64,000 nt of DNA from Amphiscolops sp. MND2022 (taxonomy: Eukaryota), in NCBI GenBank assembly GCA_964187785.1, contig OZ076413.1, forward strand, positions 50,842,001 to 50,906,000. Direction: 5' to 3'. The notes below the pieces were generated by a model that was not told the DNA's origin, ran no database searches, and saw nothing but the letters and a program-made list of their open reading frames with translations. A program made the translations under genes and the position numbers. Below are positions 11,801-22,371 of this stretch, piece by piece (the stretch's first letter is position 1; each line of letters opens with the position of its first letter).

Positions 11801-14324
11801 AAGCTACATCATACGAAGACCAGTTCCATCAAGTACTGGAGTGCTCTTGGCGCTGATGCTAGCCCCATGGGCAATCTTTTGCAATTGTAATGACCCATAG
11901 GAGTTGAAAAGGCTGTGAGGTTCTGACTGTCCTCTTTTTGAGCCTTTTGAAAATATCCAGATGTTAGGTCAAAACTGGAGGAAAACATGCTGCCTTCAAG
12001 CGAATCAATGACATCCTCGATTCTCGGTAAGGGCCCACAAGTTTTCTCAATTTGCTTGTTCAATCCCCTGTAGTCTACCACCAACCGGTACGTACCATCT
12101 TTTTTTTTGGAACAAGTATACTAGTAGCTGCCCAATCTGGATGATTTGGTGTTATGAGAACAGCATCTGCTAGACCTTCTACAAATTTTTTCATAGCTTT
12201 CCTTCTGTCGAAACTCATGTTTCCGTACGCCCTTCTGAGTGGTTTTGCGTTAGGATTCAGCTTGGTTTGGTGTTCGATTTGTTTGTTCCCAAATTGTTTG
12301 AATTTCTTGAAAAAATTTGCTGTGTTTTTGGTACAATAGTCAAGTTGCTTTTCCGTTAAATTAATGCCATCTAAATTCACATGTTTATGAAAATCCAAAT
12401 CTTCGACAGCTGCAATATTATCTTATGTTTCAGAAGCAGCGTTAACTCGCCTGTATCCAGTGGATCCAGCATGGCTAATCGAGAGTTCCGATAAGTCATT
12501 ATCTCGTCTTTGGTTATGTTGAAATGCCTGACCCAAGAGGTTCCGTCGTTAACTCGAACTAACGCTTGTGCAACCCATAATTCCATTGCTTCTTGGAATG
12601 ACTCAATTGGAGTAACAATTCCTTGTGGTCCGTCTTCTTTTCTCACTTCCACATTTCTCAAGTTTTTCTGTCATCGCCGGTATAGATTGAGTTGCTTGGA
12701 GAGTCAAGTAATTAGTCGTTTCCAAGGTTGGTTTTGTATGTAACTCCAACGATTGGTTTACTTTCCCCACAAAGCATTTTCTTCTGTTTGACATGCAGGA
12801 CACAGTCATTTGTCTAAAAACGTTTATTCCCTGCAGACAGTTAAAAAAAGTCCACCGCAGAAATCAAAAAGACCGGAAAAGAAACTCGGGGGATTTTTCC
12901 CAACTGAACAAGAGTTCCAACTTTTCCTTTAATTGGCATGGGAGATTTATTAGCGATTGAAAATTTTCCTTGGCATTCTTCTATCGTTCCTTTGATACCC
13001 AATGTTTGTAAGTATGACCAATTTATCAGAGAAAGGCCACTCACACTATCAATGTGAGAATTTTTTTGTTTTTCTTTGTATCAAATGTTGCGTATAAAGC
13101 CTGTGTTTTGTTTGAGTTCTCTCCAGATCTTCTAATTATGGTCATTGATATGTTAGGCAAACTGAGCACCCTTTTGATAACGCTGAGAGCTCCCACAGTT
13201 GTAACAGTTTCTGCAGTCTCTCACCCAGTGACCCTTCTGACCGCAATTATGGCAGCTATCTTTGTCAAACCCCACTTCTGTATCAGTCTGTGAAACGTTC
13301 TCTCGAGAAAGGGATTTATTGATTTGCGGGTGAACTTCCAGGCGCCGGAGTCTGTAGCTGCGACCTCTCTGGTTGCCACGGCCTCCTCCCGGTCTACATC
13401 TCGAGCTGCTTCTTGTTTGGTTTTTCTCATGGAAACCTTTGCAGTTGTCACTTCACGAATTCCGCGAGATTGTCAGTGCTTCCACCAGCTAATTTTCTGA
13501 TTCAATTAGTCTTTCGTTTTTGTCGGGCTGTAGCATTGCTACTCGGGGCTCTTCTTCTTCCTCATTTCTTGTCACAGCTTCCAGTGCTGTTTCCAGTAGC
13601 CTCTCGATATTCATTTCTGCATCCGCAACTGCTTTCCTTATGTCCAAACGTACTTGGCTACTCCGAATTCCCTCCAGGAATCCGCGCACTACTAAAAGAT
13701 CTCTGATCTTTTTGAACTCCCACGGGTATTGCTTTCACAGCTAAGCGCTGAAAGTCACCCAAAAAGTCCGTAAAGTTTTCCCCGGGTGTTGAACTCTTCT
13801 TGAAAGCCGACCCCGAAACACCACTGGTTTCTCGGCATTGTGCGTTCGAAAAGCCTGTGTTAAATTTCCATAGTTCGCAATTTCTATCGCCGACTTTTGA
13901 AGATGCATCGCGAAGTAGTGCGGCCAATAATCTACTTCCACTTCGTTTCCTTCGCGAGTCACTGCTCTCCGCCAGTTTTGAAGAATAGGTAGCAGTTCAA
14001 AATGGGTTGTGTAGCTTTCAATATCATTCAAGCCAGTGACTGATTCGGGTAATAACAGCTTGAAAGTGCCTGTAGTCATCTTTGCTATCAATCTGACGGT
14101 TTAGTTGAACTTGTATTGTTAATAGAAAATTGTTTTTGCGCTTTTAACTAGATCGACGAACTAACAGGTTTTTTATGAAATCATTGAAACCCACTGACTT
14201 CTTTTTCGAGTTATAATTTCGATTATTTATATCTTTGTTCTATTTGATTTCCTCAATCAATTTAATAACTATTTTGCTTAAATAAGATAGGAGTCTTGAA
14301 AATGTAGGTATTATGGGTTTCAGT

Positions 14325-14337
14325 TCCGGTGTCACCA
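14325..14337 (-). promoter_or_regulatory. Primer-binding site of the left Gypsy (tRNA-Trp-like, imperfect)
   Basis: TGGTGACACCGGA immediately after the LTR terminus ...TGCA and upstream of gag. Confidence 0.65.
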
Positions 14338-14458
14338 ATGCAGTATCTCAGCCTTAGTTTTGGCTTAGTAAATGATTAGAAGAAAATTGCGGCAAGAATG
14401 AACTAGATTTCTTTAGTGAATATGAGTTTAGTTTGCTAAAGATGTTTATTGTTCAGGT

Positions 14459-16211
14459 CAGGGCTGACCAATTATAATTGCCAATTTCAAATAATTGAAT
14501 AATTGATTGCCAATTTCAATTATATTTTCGAACCCAATTATCCAATTATTTTTTCTGAAGAGTCAATTAATTGGAAAAATTGGAAGTTTTCGATTGCAGT
14601 TTTTCGGCATGCACGATAGAGTGCAAGGTAGTTTTCAGTGGATGTTATAACGAAAAATGATGTTTTCAGGTTTGCAAAGATGAATGCTTTGAATAAGAAA
14701 ACCACCTCAAGGTAAAGTGTATGCAACTGTTTACACAGTCCGGCAATAATAGCAACATCTGGAAGTGTAAGAAATGTGGCGCCGAATGTAAAAAAGAGAA
14801 GGGCACAGGATGGTCGAATTTGGATCAGCATACTAAAAGTCACGAAAAAGAAGATGCACGTGCAGCCAATCAACAGACTCTGAAATCGTTCTGTGCAAAC
14901 TCCAACAACATGTACTGTTGGCTCGATTGGGTAGTGTCTGACCTCAGACCATTTTCATTTGTGGATGGCCAACTAACAAAGAATTATTCAAATCTGAAGC
15001 CGATTACAAGAACGACCTTCTTGAAATACTTGCACCTTGTCGTTAAAGCAGTCGAAGAAGAAATTTCAAAGGCATTGCCTGAAACGTTCGCTCTTGTTAT
15101 CGATGGATGGACAAAAGTCAACTCACTTCGTGGCCAAGAAAAGCTTGGGAGTCGAGAGCACTTCGATCTTATTGAGTATGTTCTCTCATTATACAACAAA
15201 AGTCAGGAGAACTTTGTCGCACTGATTGAGGACAATGCTGAACGAACACGTGCTGGCCACTCAGATCGACAAACCATTCATTGGATGTGCTTCGCATAGG
15301 CTCTCCTTGGCTATCAAGGATTATCTTGCTAGATATGACAAATGGACTTATGGGGAAGCTGAAATCAGTAAAATTGTCCGCCAAGCTCCGCATGTACACT
15401 GACATAAGACCCAAACAGCAAAACGAAACGCGTTGGAGCAGTATTGCTGAAATGGTTGAACGGTATCTATCAATCAACGACTATCTGGTTCATTTCGATG
15501 AGCAAATACTGGTCGAGTTCCTTCTTACACCCCGAGAGGAGCTGTCTCTCAAATTGCTACATACACGGATCAAGATGTTCGAATCTGTGACCAAAGCCCT
15601 ACAGAACGAAGAAATCGATATGGGAAGTATCAGGGCACTATTCGACGAGCTTTTAAAGCAGATTCCCGAGCTTGACGAGTATCACAATCACCTTCATAGT
15701 GAATCCTCGGTAGTAAAATGTGTTGATTTTCAGAATGCTAATGTCAAAATTCAAGACTCAAATGAAGACAAAATGACTGGTTCAGAAAAACTAACTGTAC
15801 AGGATCTAGAAATAGAAACAGTTGAAGTCAGCGGCAAAGAAAATGTGGTTCCAGATGATTTTGCATTCCAGATTCTGAAGAAACGTGCCAAAATGGACTG
15901 CAAAAGCAAGTATGTAAACACAAACCCTTTGCTCGGGACGTCAAATATCGTTGAACGATTCTTCAGCACAGCTGGACTAAGCTACACCAATTATCGGCAA
16001 TCACCTCGAGGAACAACTTTTTTTGAAGCTTAATCATCGTTTTTGGAACCACTAAACTGTACATAAAGTGATGACTAATTGATGAAATTTGACTTCCCAA
16101 TTATTCAAATTGACGTTACCCAATTATTGTTTTTTCGCCCAATTACAATTACAATAATTTTTTTAGATTTTGAAGACCAATTTAATTGTAATTGATAATT
16201 GGTCAGCCCTG
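14459..16211 (+). mobile_element. hAT DNA transposon with frameshifted transposase, inserted in the Gypsy LTR
   Basis: TIRs CAGGGCTGACCAATTAT; 8-bp TSD GTTCAGGT/GTTCACGT; BED finger (CKKC...H...H), DGWT, TRWSS and ERFFS motifs. Confidence 0.92.
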
Positions 16212-17211
16212 GTTCACGTTTTTCAGGTAGAACAAAGTATCTATCAAAATGTCAACTTTCTCCCAGCTCCTTTTTATACCCCTTATCATTGTCACTACTG
16301 GCGAGTCCCGCCGTTATCATGGACATTGTTTAGGTTTTATTCCCTTTTCCGTCGAGCCCCGATGGTTGATGTTTATTCCGAATATCTTACCGTCGAACCC
16401 TGACAGTCGGTTAAGCTAAAGTTATCGAACCCCGACAACCCTTGTTTTGATTTGTCTGATAACAATATTTTATTTCTCATCGTATGTCAGTATGAACGTT
16501 TGACATTTATTCGTTTTTAATTTTTCCTGAGCTATTCGAGTTCGTCGAGAGTGATCTTACAAGAAAATAAACCAACTTGCAACCAATTTGTCGAAAAATT
16601 GATAAAATACATGCTCTTGACGACTTTAGAAGTCAAGGAGACTATCACAAAGAGTTTGCTTGATCGATTTGCACTCCTATTAGATAGCTGGATTCATAAA
16701 AGCACTCATTTTCTGACAATTTTTGCTTCTTTCATGAAAAACTCTTAACAAAATTCAGTTCTACTATCTTTTTTGCCTCTGAGGGATGAAACCGTTCTGA
16801 ATGTGACTGAGCATGTGACCTTTTTAGAAACAGTTCTCGAAATCTTTGGCAGAACTTCTGCTAATGTTGTAGCTGTGGTGGCTGGTAACTGTGAACACAA
16901 TAGGATGATTTGCTACTTTCTAATGAAGCCACTGATCAGTCTCACCGCTTCCAACAGATAAAAAATTTTCAATAACTCGATTCCCAGACAATAAGCATCT
17001 TGGAAAAAACTCCTGTTTTGTAAAAAATAGGCATTTCGGAACGGGAATTGTACCAATTCTCGCTGGGAAAAAAACGAGCTCAACCTGACCGAAAATTTAC
17101 AATGTAAAAGATTGAAAAACATGAAGATGAAGAAATCCAATCTCCGGTATTAGTAGAGAGTGATCTCGCTGAAGCAATTCTGCGAAAAGCAAAAAAGGGG
17201 CGAATCGTAAC

Positions 17212-19562
17212 CAGGGGTTTGCAATATTTGATTGCAATAATATTGTTCCAAAATAACATTAAAATCAATATATAGAATATTGGTAGACGTGATATCAAAT
17301 ATTGCCAGTTTTGCAAATTGGAAAACAAGGTCAAACGAACGGTAATTACGTCATCACACATTTTTCAAATAACAAAATGGCAATTACACAACATCAGTAG
17401 ATCATGAGCATTATTCATATCGTTTACCAATTCCAAATTCCAAAATTTTTTTTTGAACTTGCGGAACAATCGCTCTTCTAGATTTGCCGGAAGCAAGCAT
17501 TTGCGATGTCATCGTACATGAAGCCAGCCATGCTAAACAAACGCTTCAATTTACAAGACGTCGAGGGCATATATTCCACGTTCACAAATTGCTCTTAACA
17601 TTTTTAAGTTTCTGGCGTTTCAGAATATTGGTCGCAAAATCAATTTTGGGGTCAATGTTTTCAACTTCAGAGTCTGTCATTTCCACTGTTTTTCTCAGTT
17701 ATTTCATAGCTATGTTTTCTTGAACAGACAAACAATCGTGTCGTCCATTCCTGACTTTTACTATTTCGTTCTCGAAATCCTTGTTCTTAACGATGCTCGC
17801 GTTCGGATAAATATACGTTTTGTTGGAATACAAATTAGGAACAGAATTGATCAACTCATCCAGATACGAATTTTGCATTGCAACAGTTACAGATTTTGTA
17901 GGTTTCAGAAAAAGGGACAATTCATTTATTCTTTGATGTTCTGAGGGCGACAATATGAACGGTATCATTTTGGGCATTATATCAATAATTTCCATGATCC
18001 TCAGATATCGATTAAACATGTCTATTATACCCATTCATCGCGTCACAACATAATTAACAGGGCGCAGAGGTGTGGACTTTCTAAATTCAGCCGACATGAT
18101 TGGGGATTTCAATTTCGTCATCAGCGTATTCATCTTTTCGATCAAGACTTCGTCTTTCTTCACAATTTCTTTACTGCTAGGGCCAATCGATGGGAGTGAC
18201 AACCTACGAGTGATACCTGGCATATATCAGAAAGACATTTATTTGCTTCACAATTATCAGTAGGTATTGACACGACATTTTAAGGCTCTTCCCATATTGA
18301 ACAAGTGTAAATTTGACAAAAACTAATTTCTTCTGCACCTTGGGTAGTTTCATCAGCCATAGGAGAAAAAGAAAACTGTTTGACAAAAATTAGAACTGTT
18401 TAGGAAACTTGCCATGATACCAACAAAGTTATTGACTGTTTTCTGTCCAACCGTCGATAGTCAAGACCAACTTATCAGGAAGCAGTTTTCAATTTCTTGT
18501 TCAACTTTGTTAGATGTCATGTGGAGGTTCTTCAACAGGGAACAGGACGTTTCGGCAAAAAAAGTTCGAGACGTTTCGGCAAATTTTCCATGTCGAAACG
18601 TCGCGTGTTATCTTGGTTTTGTTTTTGGTTTTCTACAAACTGGTTAGGTCCAGTTTGTAGAAAACCAAAAACAAAACCAAGATTACATACCAGTTTGTAG
18701 AATTCTGGAATTGAAGAAAAAGGATAAGACAATTATTGTAGGAAAGATGCAAAGCATAAAGCGTGCCTCGGATATGTCCTCATTCCCTCTAGAGCCCCGC
18801 GGCCCCTTGGGGCCGCTTATATTCCCATCTTGCTAAGCGAGGTCGAACAGGAGCAAAGACCTAGCGGGAACGGAGATCGCGAAGCGATCGTAGTGGGCGC
18901 TGGTCTTTGCGACAGTGAGGGCGAGCGTGCATACACCGGATATGCCCCACATATCATACGAAACGTTTCGGCAAAAGTTTTTAGCCTGAGACGTTTCGGA
19001 ATATTTTTTTCGCCGGAACGTCCGCCGCCATGTTTTTGCCGAAACGTCTTTTGCCGAAACGTCCGGAATCCCTTCAACAACGTGTTCTTTGATATTTTGT
19101 CATATTTGCTCTGTTCGCGAATTATTAGACATTCGACGTCGGAGAATGGCCATGATTTCAAGCAAAACAAACGTAGCCATCCATACACTAATCTCAGATT
19201 TTTTGCATTGAAACTTTAGCTATTTTTGACTACTTGGAGTTGAAGATTCGCCGTGTTGAGTTCGGATATGTGCCACAAGATTGGTCCATCCAGTAGCTTT
19301 CACCTGCTCTAAATCTTTGCCACAGCCACACTTCCGCAAATAGGGACTACCTGGAACTTGCGTGAAACATTTTCGGACAGTCTTCTTGTAGTTGTTGTTG
19401 ATTTTCAGTGGGGTACTGAGAGTACTCATGGCAATTCTGAAAAATATCAATTTTTTGGTACAATGGTTTTCCATGAATTGAATATTGGTTCAACGAAAAA
19501 CAATAATATTGATACCAATTATTGCAATAAATGAAATATCAATTATATATTGCAAGGCCCTG
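17212..19562 (-). mobile_element. hAT DNA transposon (decayed), nested in another hAT
   Basis: TIRs CAGGGGTTTGCAATA / TATTGCAAGGCCCTG; 8-bp TSD ATCGTAAC/ATCGAAAC; BED finger CGCG...GWTNLVAHIRTQH (19220-19474). Confidence 0.88.
18538..19071. mobile_element. MITE with GG...CC ends, ACGTTTCGGC sub-terminal repeats and a GC-rich hairpin core
   Basis: TIR around GGACGTTTCGGCAAAA; 8-bp TSD CTTCAACA (18530-18537 / 19072-19079); partial second copy at 25278-25557. Confidence 0.8.
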
Positions 19563-19782
19563 ATCGAAACACCTTAACTGTCGCTTCTTGTTTCCGTCAT
19601 CCAATATTTTGGAGAGGTTTTTTAGTGCTGCAGGCTATGCTCTGATTGATTTGAGACAGAATATAACTTCCGAGCATTTGGAACAACAGCTGTTCCGTCT
19701 AAAAGTAAAGGACCAATAAAGCGGTCAATTCTGTTCTTCCTGATAGTAAAAACAAATTGTCAAGGTTACCATTAATTTCGTT

Positions 19783-19822
19783 CAATGACGCGTTTCGGAA
19801 CACTGATCCTTCATCAGAATGT
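19783..19822 (-). ncRNA. Minimal type I hammerhead ribozyme motif (PLE-type)
   Basis: Minus strand: CTGATGA-a-GGA tcagtgt TCC-GAAA-CGCG-TC; palindromic loop 3; lies downstream of the PLE ORF. Stem I is imperfect. Confidence 0.75.
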
Positions 19823-19828
19823 CTGAAA

Positions 19829-20176
19829 GGTTGGGCGGAAATAGGTCGAAGGAACGGGATCGAAAATCAGAGTTAGTCCTCAGGTCGACATACCAAGTTT
19901 TTGAATGGGATCGAAACAACTCGGATCGAAGTTTTAAAACGTAGTCAGATATGTTCACATACCCCTAGTGCCCTGAATGCAGGAGCGAAGCGAAGCGGAG
20001 CGACGTGCCATATGGCCATGCCTCAATGTTGCTACTTGGCGAAGGGAGCGAAGCGACTGTGCCATACAACAAATACGATAAAATTCGACCGCATTCCACT
20101 CGATCCCTGCAATTCGATCAAAAGGTTCGACCTCTGTCCTTTCGACCAGAGAAATTCGACCTATTTACAGCCACCC
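19829..20176 (+). mobile_element. MITE (TCGA-rich sub-terminal repeats, GCGAAGC core)
   Basis: TIRs ...AAATAGGTCGAA / TTCGACCTATTT...; 8-bp TSD GTCTGAAA (19821-19828 / 20177-20184). Confidence 0.88.
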
Positions 20177-20596
20177 GTCTGAAAAACAAAATTACATTAA
20201 AAATCATAAACAAATAACGCAATTTATCGAGTTTATGCAATCAACACCTTCAACGTCAGGTGACGCTGCCGAAACTCATCACAGGTTAAAAAGGAGCGAG
20301 TCGGTCGATATACAATGCTTCAAGAGTGAGCAACTTTGATGGATTCTGGCATTTGACAAGGACCTTCGGAGCGGGAAACGGAATGTCAGGAGCACATTGA
20401 GTGATATGTTGGGAGACTGGTGCAGACATCCTCTGGTGCTCCTTATGTCTTGTCGCAAGATGTCGGACGGTCTGTCCGACATAGCTGGAGTTGCATCCAG
20501 GACATTGTATCTGATATACGACAAAACTTGGAGCTCCGGTGGTAAATCTGATTTCAGTGACGGCAGTAAATATTTCAGCTTTCTTGTCGTAAAAAC

Positions 20597-20946
20597 GGGT
20601 GGCTGTAATTAGGTCGATTTTTTCTGGTCGAAAGGACAGAGGTCGAACTTTTCGATCTAATTACAGGGATCGAATGGAATGCGTTCGAATTCCATCGTAT
20701 TTGTTGTATGGCTCGGTCGCTTCGCTCCCTTCGCCAAGTAGCAACATCGAGGCATGGCCATATGGCACGTCGTTCCGCTTCGCTTCGCTACGGCATTCAG
20801 GGCACTAGGGGTATGTGAGCATATCTGACTACCTTATAAAAATTTCGATCCGAGTTGTTTCGATCCCATTCAAAAATTTGGTATGTCGACCTGAGGACTA
20901 ACTCTGATTTTCGATCCCGTTCCTTCGACCTATTTCCGCCCACCCC
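20597..20946 (-). mobile_element. Second copy of the same MITE, inverted orientation
   Basis: Reverse complement of 19829-20176, with its own TSD GTAAAAAC (20589-20596 / 20947-20954). Confidence 0.88.
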
Positions 20947-22082
20947 GTAAAAACGACTCTTAAAGACGTAATTGTCGCCAGTCTTCTCTTAAAAACCTCA
21001 GAGATTCTTCCGTGATACTGCATGAAGAATAATGATGAATGATAATTTTTTATCCAATTTTTCAGCTTTTTCGTGTGTGAGAAGTCGTTGCAATGTATCT
21101 TTGAGGATGGATTCACAGAAAGCTCTTAGATAAAAATTAATTGACCAGATTTTTTTGGCCTTTTCGATGCCAGCATGAAAACTCTTCCAGTCAGAGCAAG
21201 AGTTGAAACTTCTATGAATATGACCACTTATCAAATTCCTCTTGTACCTCATCGGTGCAATTGCCCTGAAGGACATAGAAGTTCCTGTGTCTGTTGGTTG
21301 TGTATACCAGATCGTGGACATCCTACCATCACGTGTTGAGAGTTTCATTTCCAGAAACGGAATTTTCTGTTCTACGCAGCGTTCAATTGTGAATCTCAGA
21401 TTCGGATGTAGCTGGTTAAATTTCGCCAGTAATTGATCGATTTCTCTTGTCTTGATGGGCCTGATAATATCATCCACGTACCTTGCAAAGACTTTCAACT
21501 CTCCCTTGGTTCCAGAATACATACAACCACAGAACCACGGAACATCGTCGATTTTCTTGAATTGCTTAAGGGTATTATCGGTGCAGGTTCTATGGAACCA
21601 TCGATTGCAATCATCGCACTGTACGGAACAGCCAGAGAACGTGACTTTGCGGTCACATTTTCCACACAAATCACAGAGACGCGCTTCGACGGTTTCAATG
21701 TCGCTCTTACGGAATGGCTCAAAACTCTTCATCCAAACGTTGGCCAAAACGACGCCCATTGACGCACCCATGGCGACCCCATCCTTTTGCACATACCAGC
21801 TTCGTTTGCCAGAAACTTCACGTTTTTAACGGCAAGATACCTAAGTTCTTTGAACGTTTCCCTGGGTACCTCCATGGATTTTTTGTGGTTGTATAACTTT
21901 TCTAATGATATCTCGATAGCTTCGTTCACAGACACGAAAGTGTACAGGAGGTTCTTTCTGTTTGATATCGTTTTGTAATTTTTTTTCGATTGATTTATGT
22001 TTCCATTTCTTACTGTGACTCATGTTTCATTAATAACAACGGCGTTGTTACTGATAAGTCGAATGATTGGTGAGATTAAATA

Positions 22083-22163
22083 AGCCATTCGGTCTAATGG
22101 TTAAGGCGCTTGACTGCTAGCTAGATCTGTCTTGAGATGCAGGTTCGAGTCCTGTATTGGCTA
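22083..22163 (+). tRNA. tRNA-like (pseudo-tRNA, Ser(GCT)-like body) Pol III gene inside the 5' LTR
   Basis: Acceptor AGCCATT/ATTGGCT (one mismatch); D arm GTCT-AATGGTTA-AGGC; T arm GCAGG-TTCGAGT-CCTGT; discriminator A followed by TTTT. Anticodon arm is degenerate. Confidence 0.75.
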
Positions 22164-22199
22164 TTTTCTCACAATCATGCCGAGCTTGGGTTGTTACAA

Positions 22200-22212
22200 T
22201 GGTAGCCATTAC
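22200..22212 (+). promoter_or_regulatory. Primer-binding site of the TRIM (TGGTAGCCATTAC[A])
   Basis: One base after the LTR end; reverse complement equals the 3' end of the LTR-encoded tRNA plus CCA. Confidence 0.88.
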
Positions 22213-22238
22213 TTTCAGGAATAAAAAGACAAATGTTG

Positions 22239-22283
22239 AATTAAAAAGCTTTTCGAATGTAACATCATTCATCATCAGTTAAC
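22239..22283 (-). ncRNA. Minimal hammerhead motif in the pLTR (second copy ~25735-25778)
   Basis: Minus strand: GTTAA-CTGATGA-t-GAATG atgtta CATTC-GAAA-AGCT-TT-TTAAT; palindromic loop 3; predicted cleavage triplet UUU. Confidence 0.65.
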
Positions 22284-22371
22284 ATTGTATCTAAATTAAA
22301 AGAAACATTTAGTTGCAAAAACCATGTATTGTACAATCACTAAATGATTACAGGACAGAACTACTGCCACA

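Larger units (their letters stand above)
6950..16464 (-). mobile_element. Decayed Ty3/Gypsy LTR retrotransposon (gag-PR-RT-RH-IN-env-like); 5' LTR split by a hAT; 3' LTR not found
   Basis: gag 14091-13450; protease ~13050-12841; RT VDYRGLN...LPRIED...DLTSGYFQ (12084-11809); RNase H fragment ~11500-11100; integrase (FGCPVNLHSD, 10335-10009). PBS TGGTGACACCGG lies one base after the LTR end ...TGCA. LTR is about 14339-14458 plus 16220-~16464; outer boundary approximate. Confidence 0.85.
16500..19740 (+). mobile_element. Older decayed hAT transposase remnant, split by a nested hAT
   Basis: FALLLDSW (16551-16748) and further fragments up to 17211; resumes after 19570 with LNCRFLFPSSNILERFFSAAG (hAT dimerization motif). 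Ends approximate. Confidence 0.7.
19760..21950 (-). mobile_element. Penelope-like element #2 (5'-truncated): RT with internal PHD finger, GIY-YIG endonuclease, 3' pLTR with hammerhead
   Basis: DGVAMGAS...YVDD...HPNLRFTIE...WYTQPTDT (20998-21792). GIY-YIG motif (VYQIQCPGCNSSYVGQTVRHL) at ~20300-20590. Interrupted by two MITEs. Confidence 0.88.

Noticed and set aside
19829..20946. A single foldback element with 350-bp TIRs
   Set aside because: Each arm has its own TIRs and its own distinct TSD, and the spacer is Penelope GIY-YIG sequence: two independent MITE insertions.
22083..22163. Ordinary functional host tRNA-Ser gene or a simple SINE
   Set aside because: The anticodon arm is degenerate, and every copy is embedded in the same LTR-like flanks with PBS/PPT or a 4-bp TSD.
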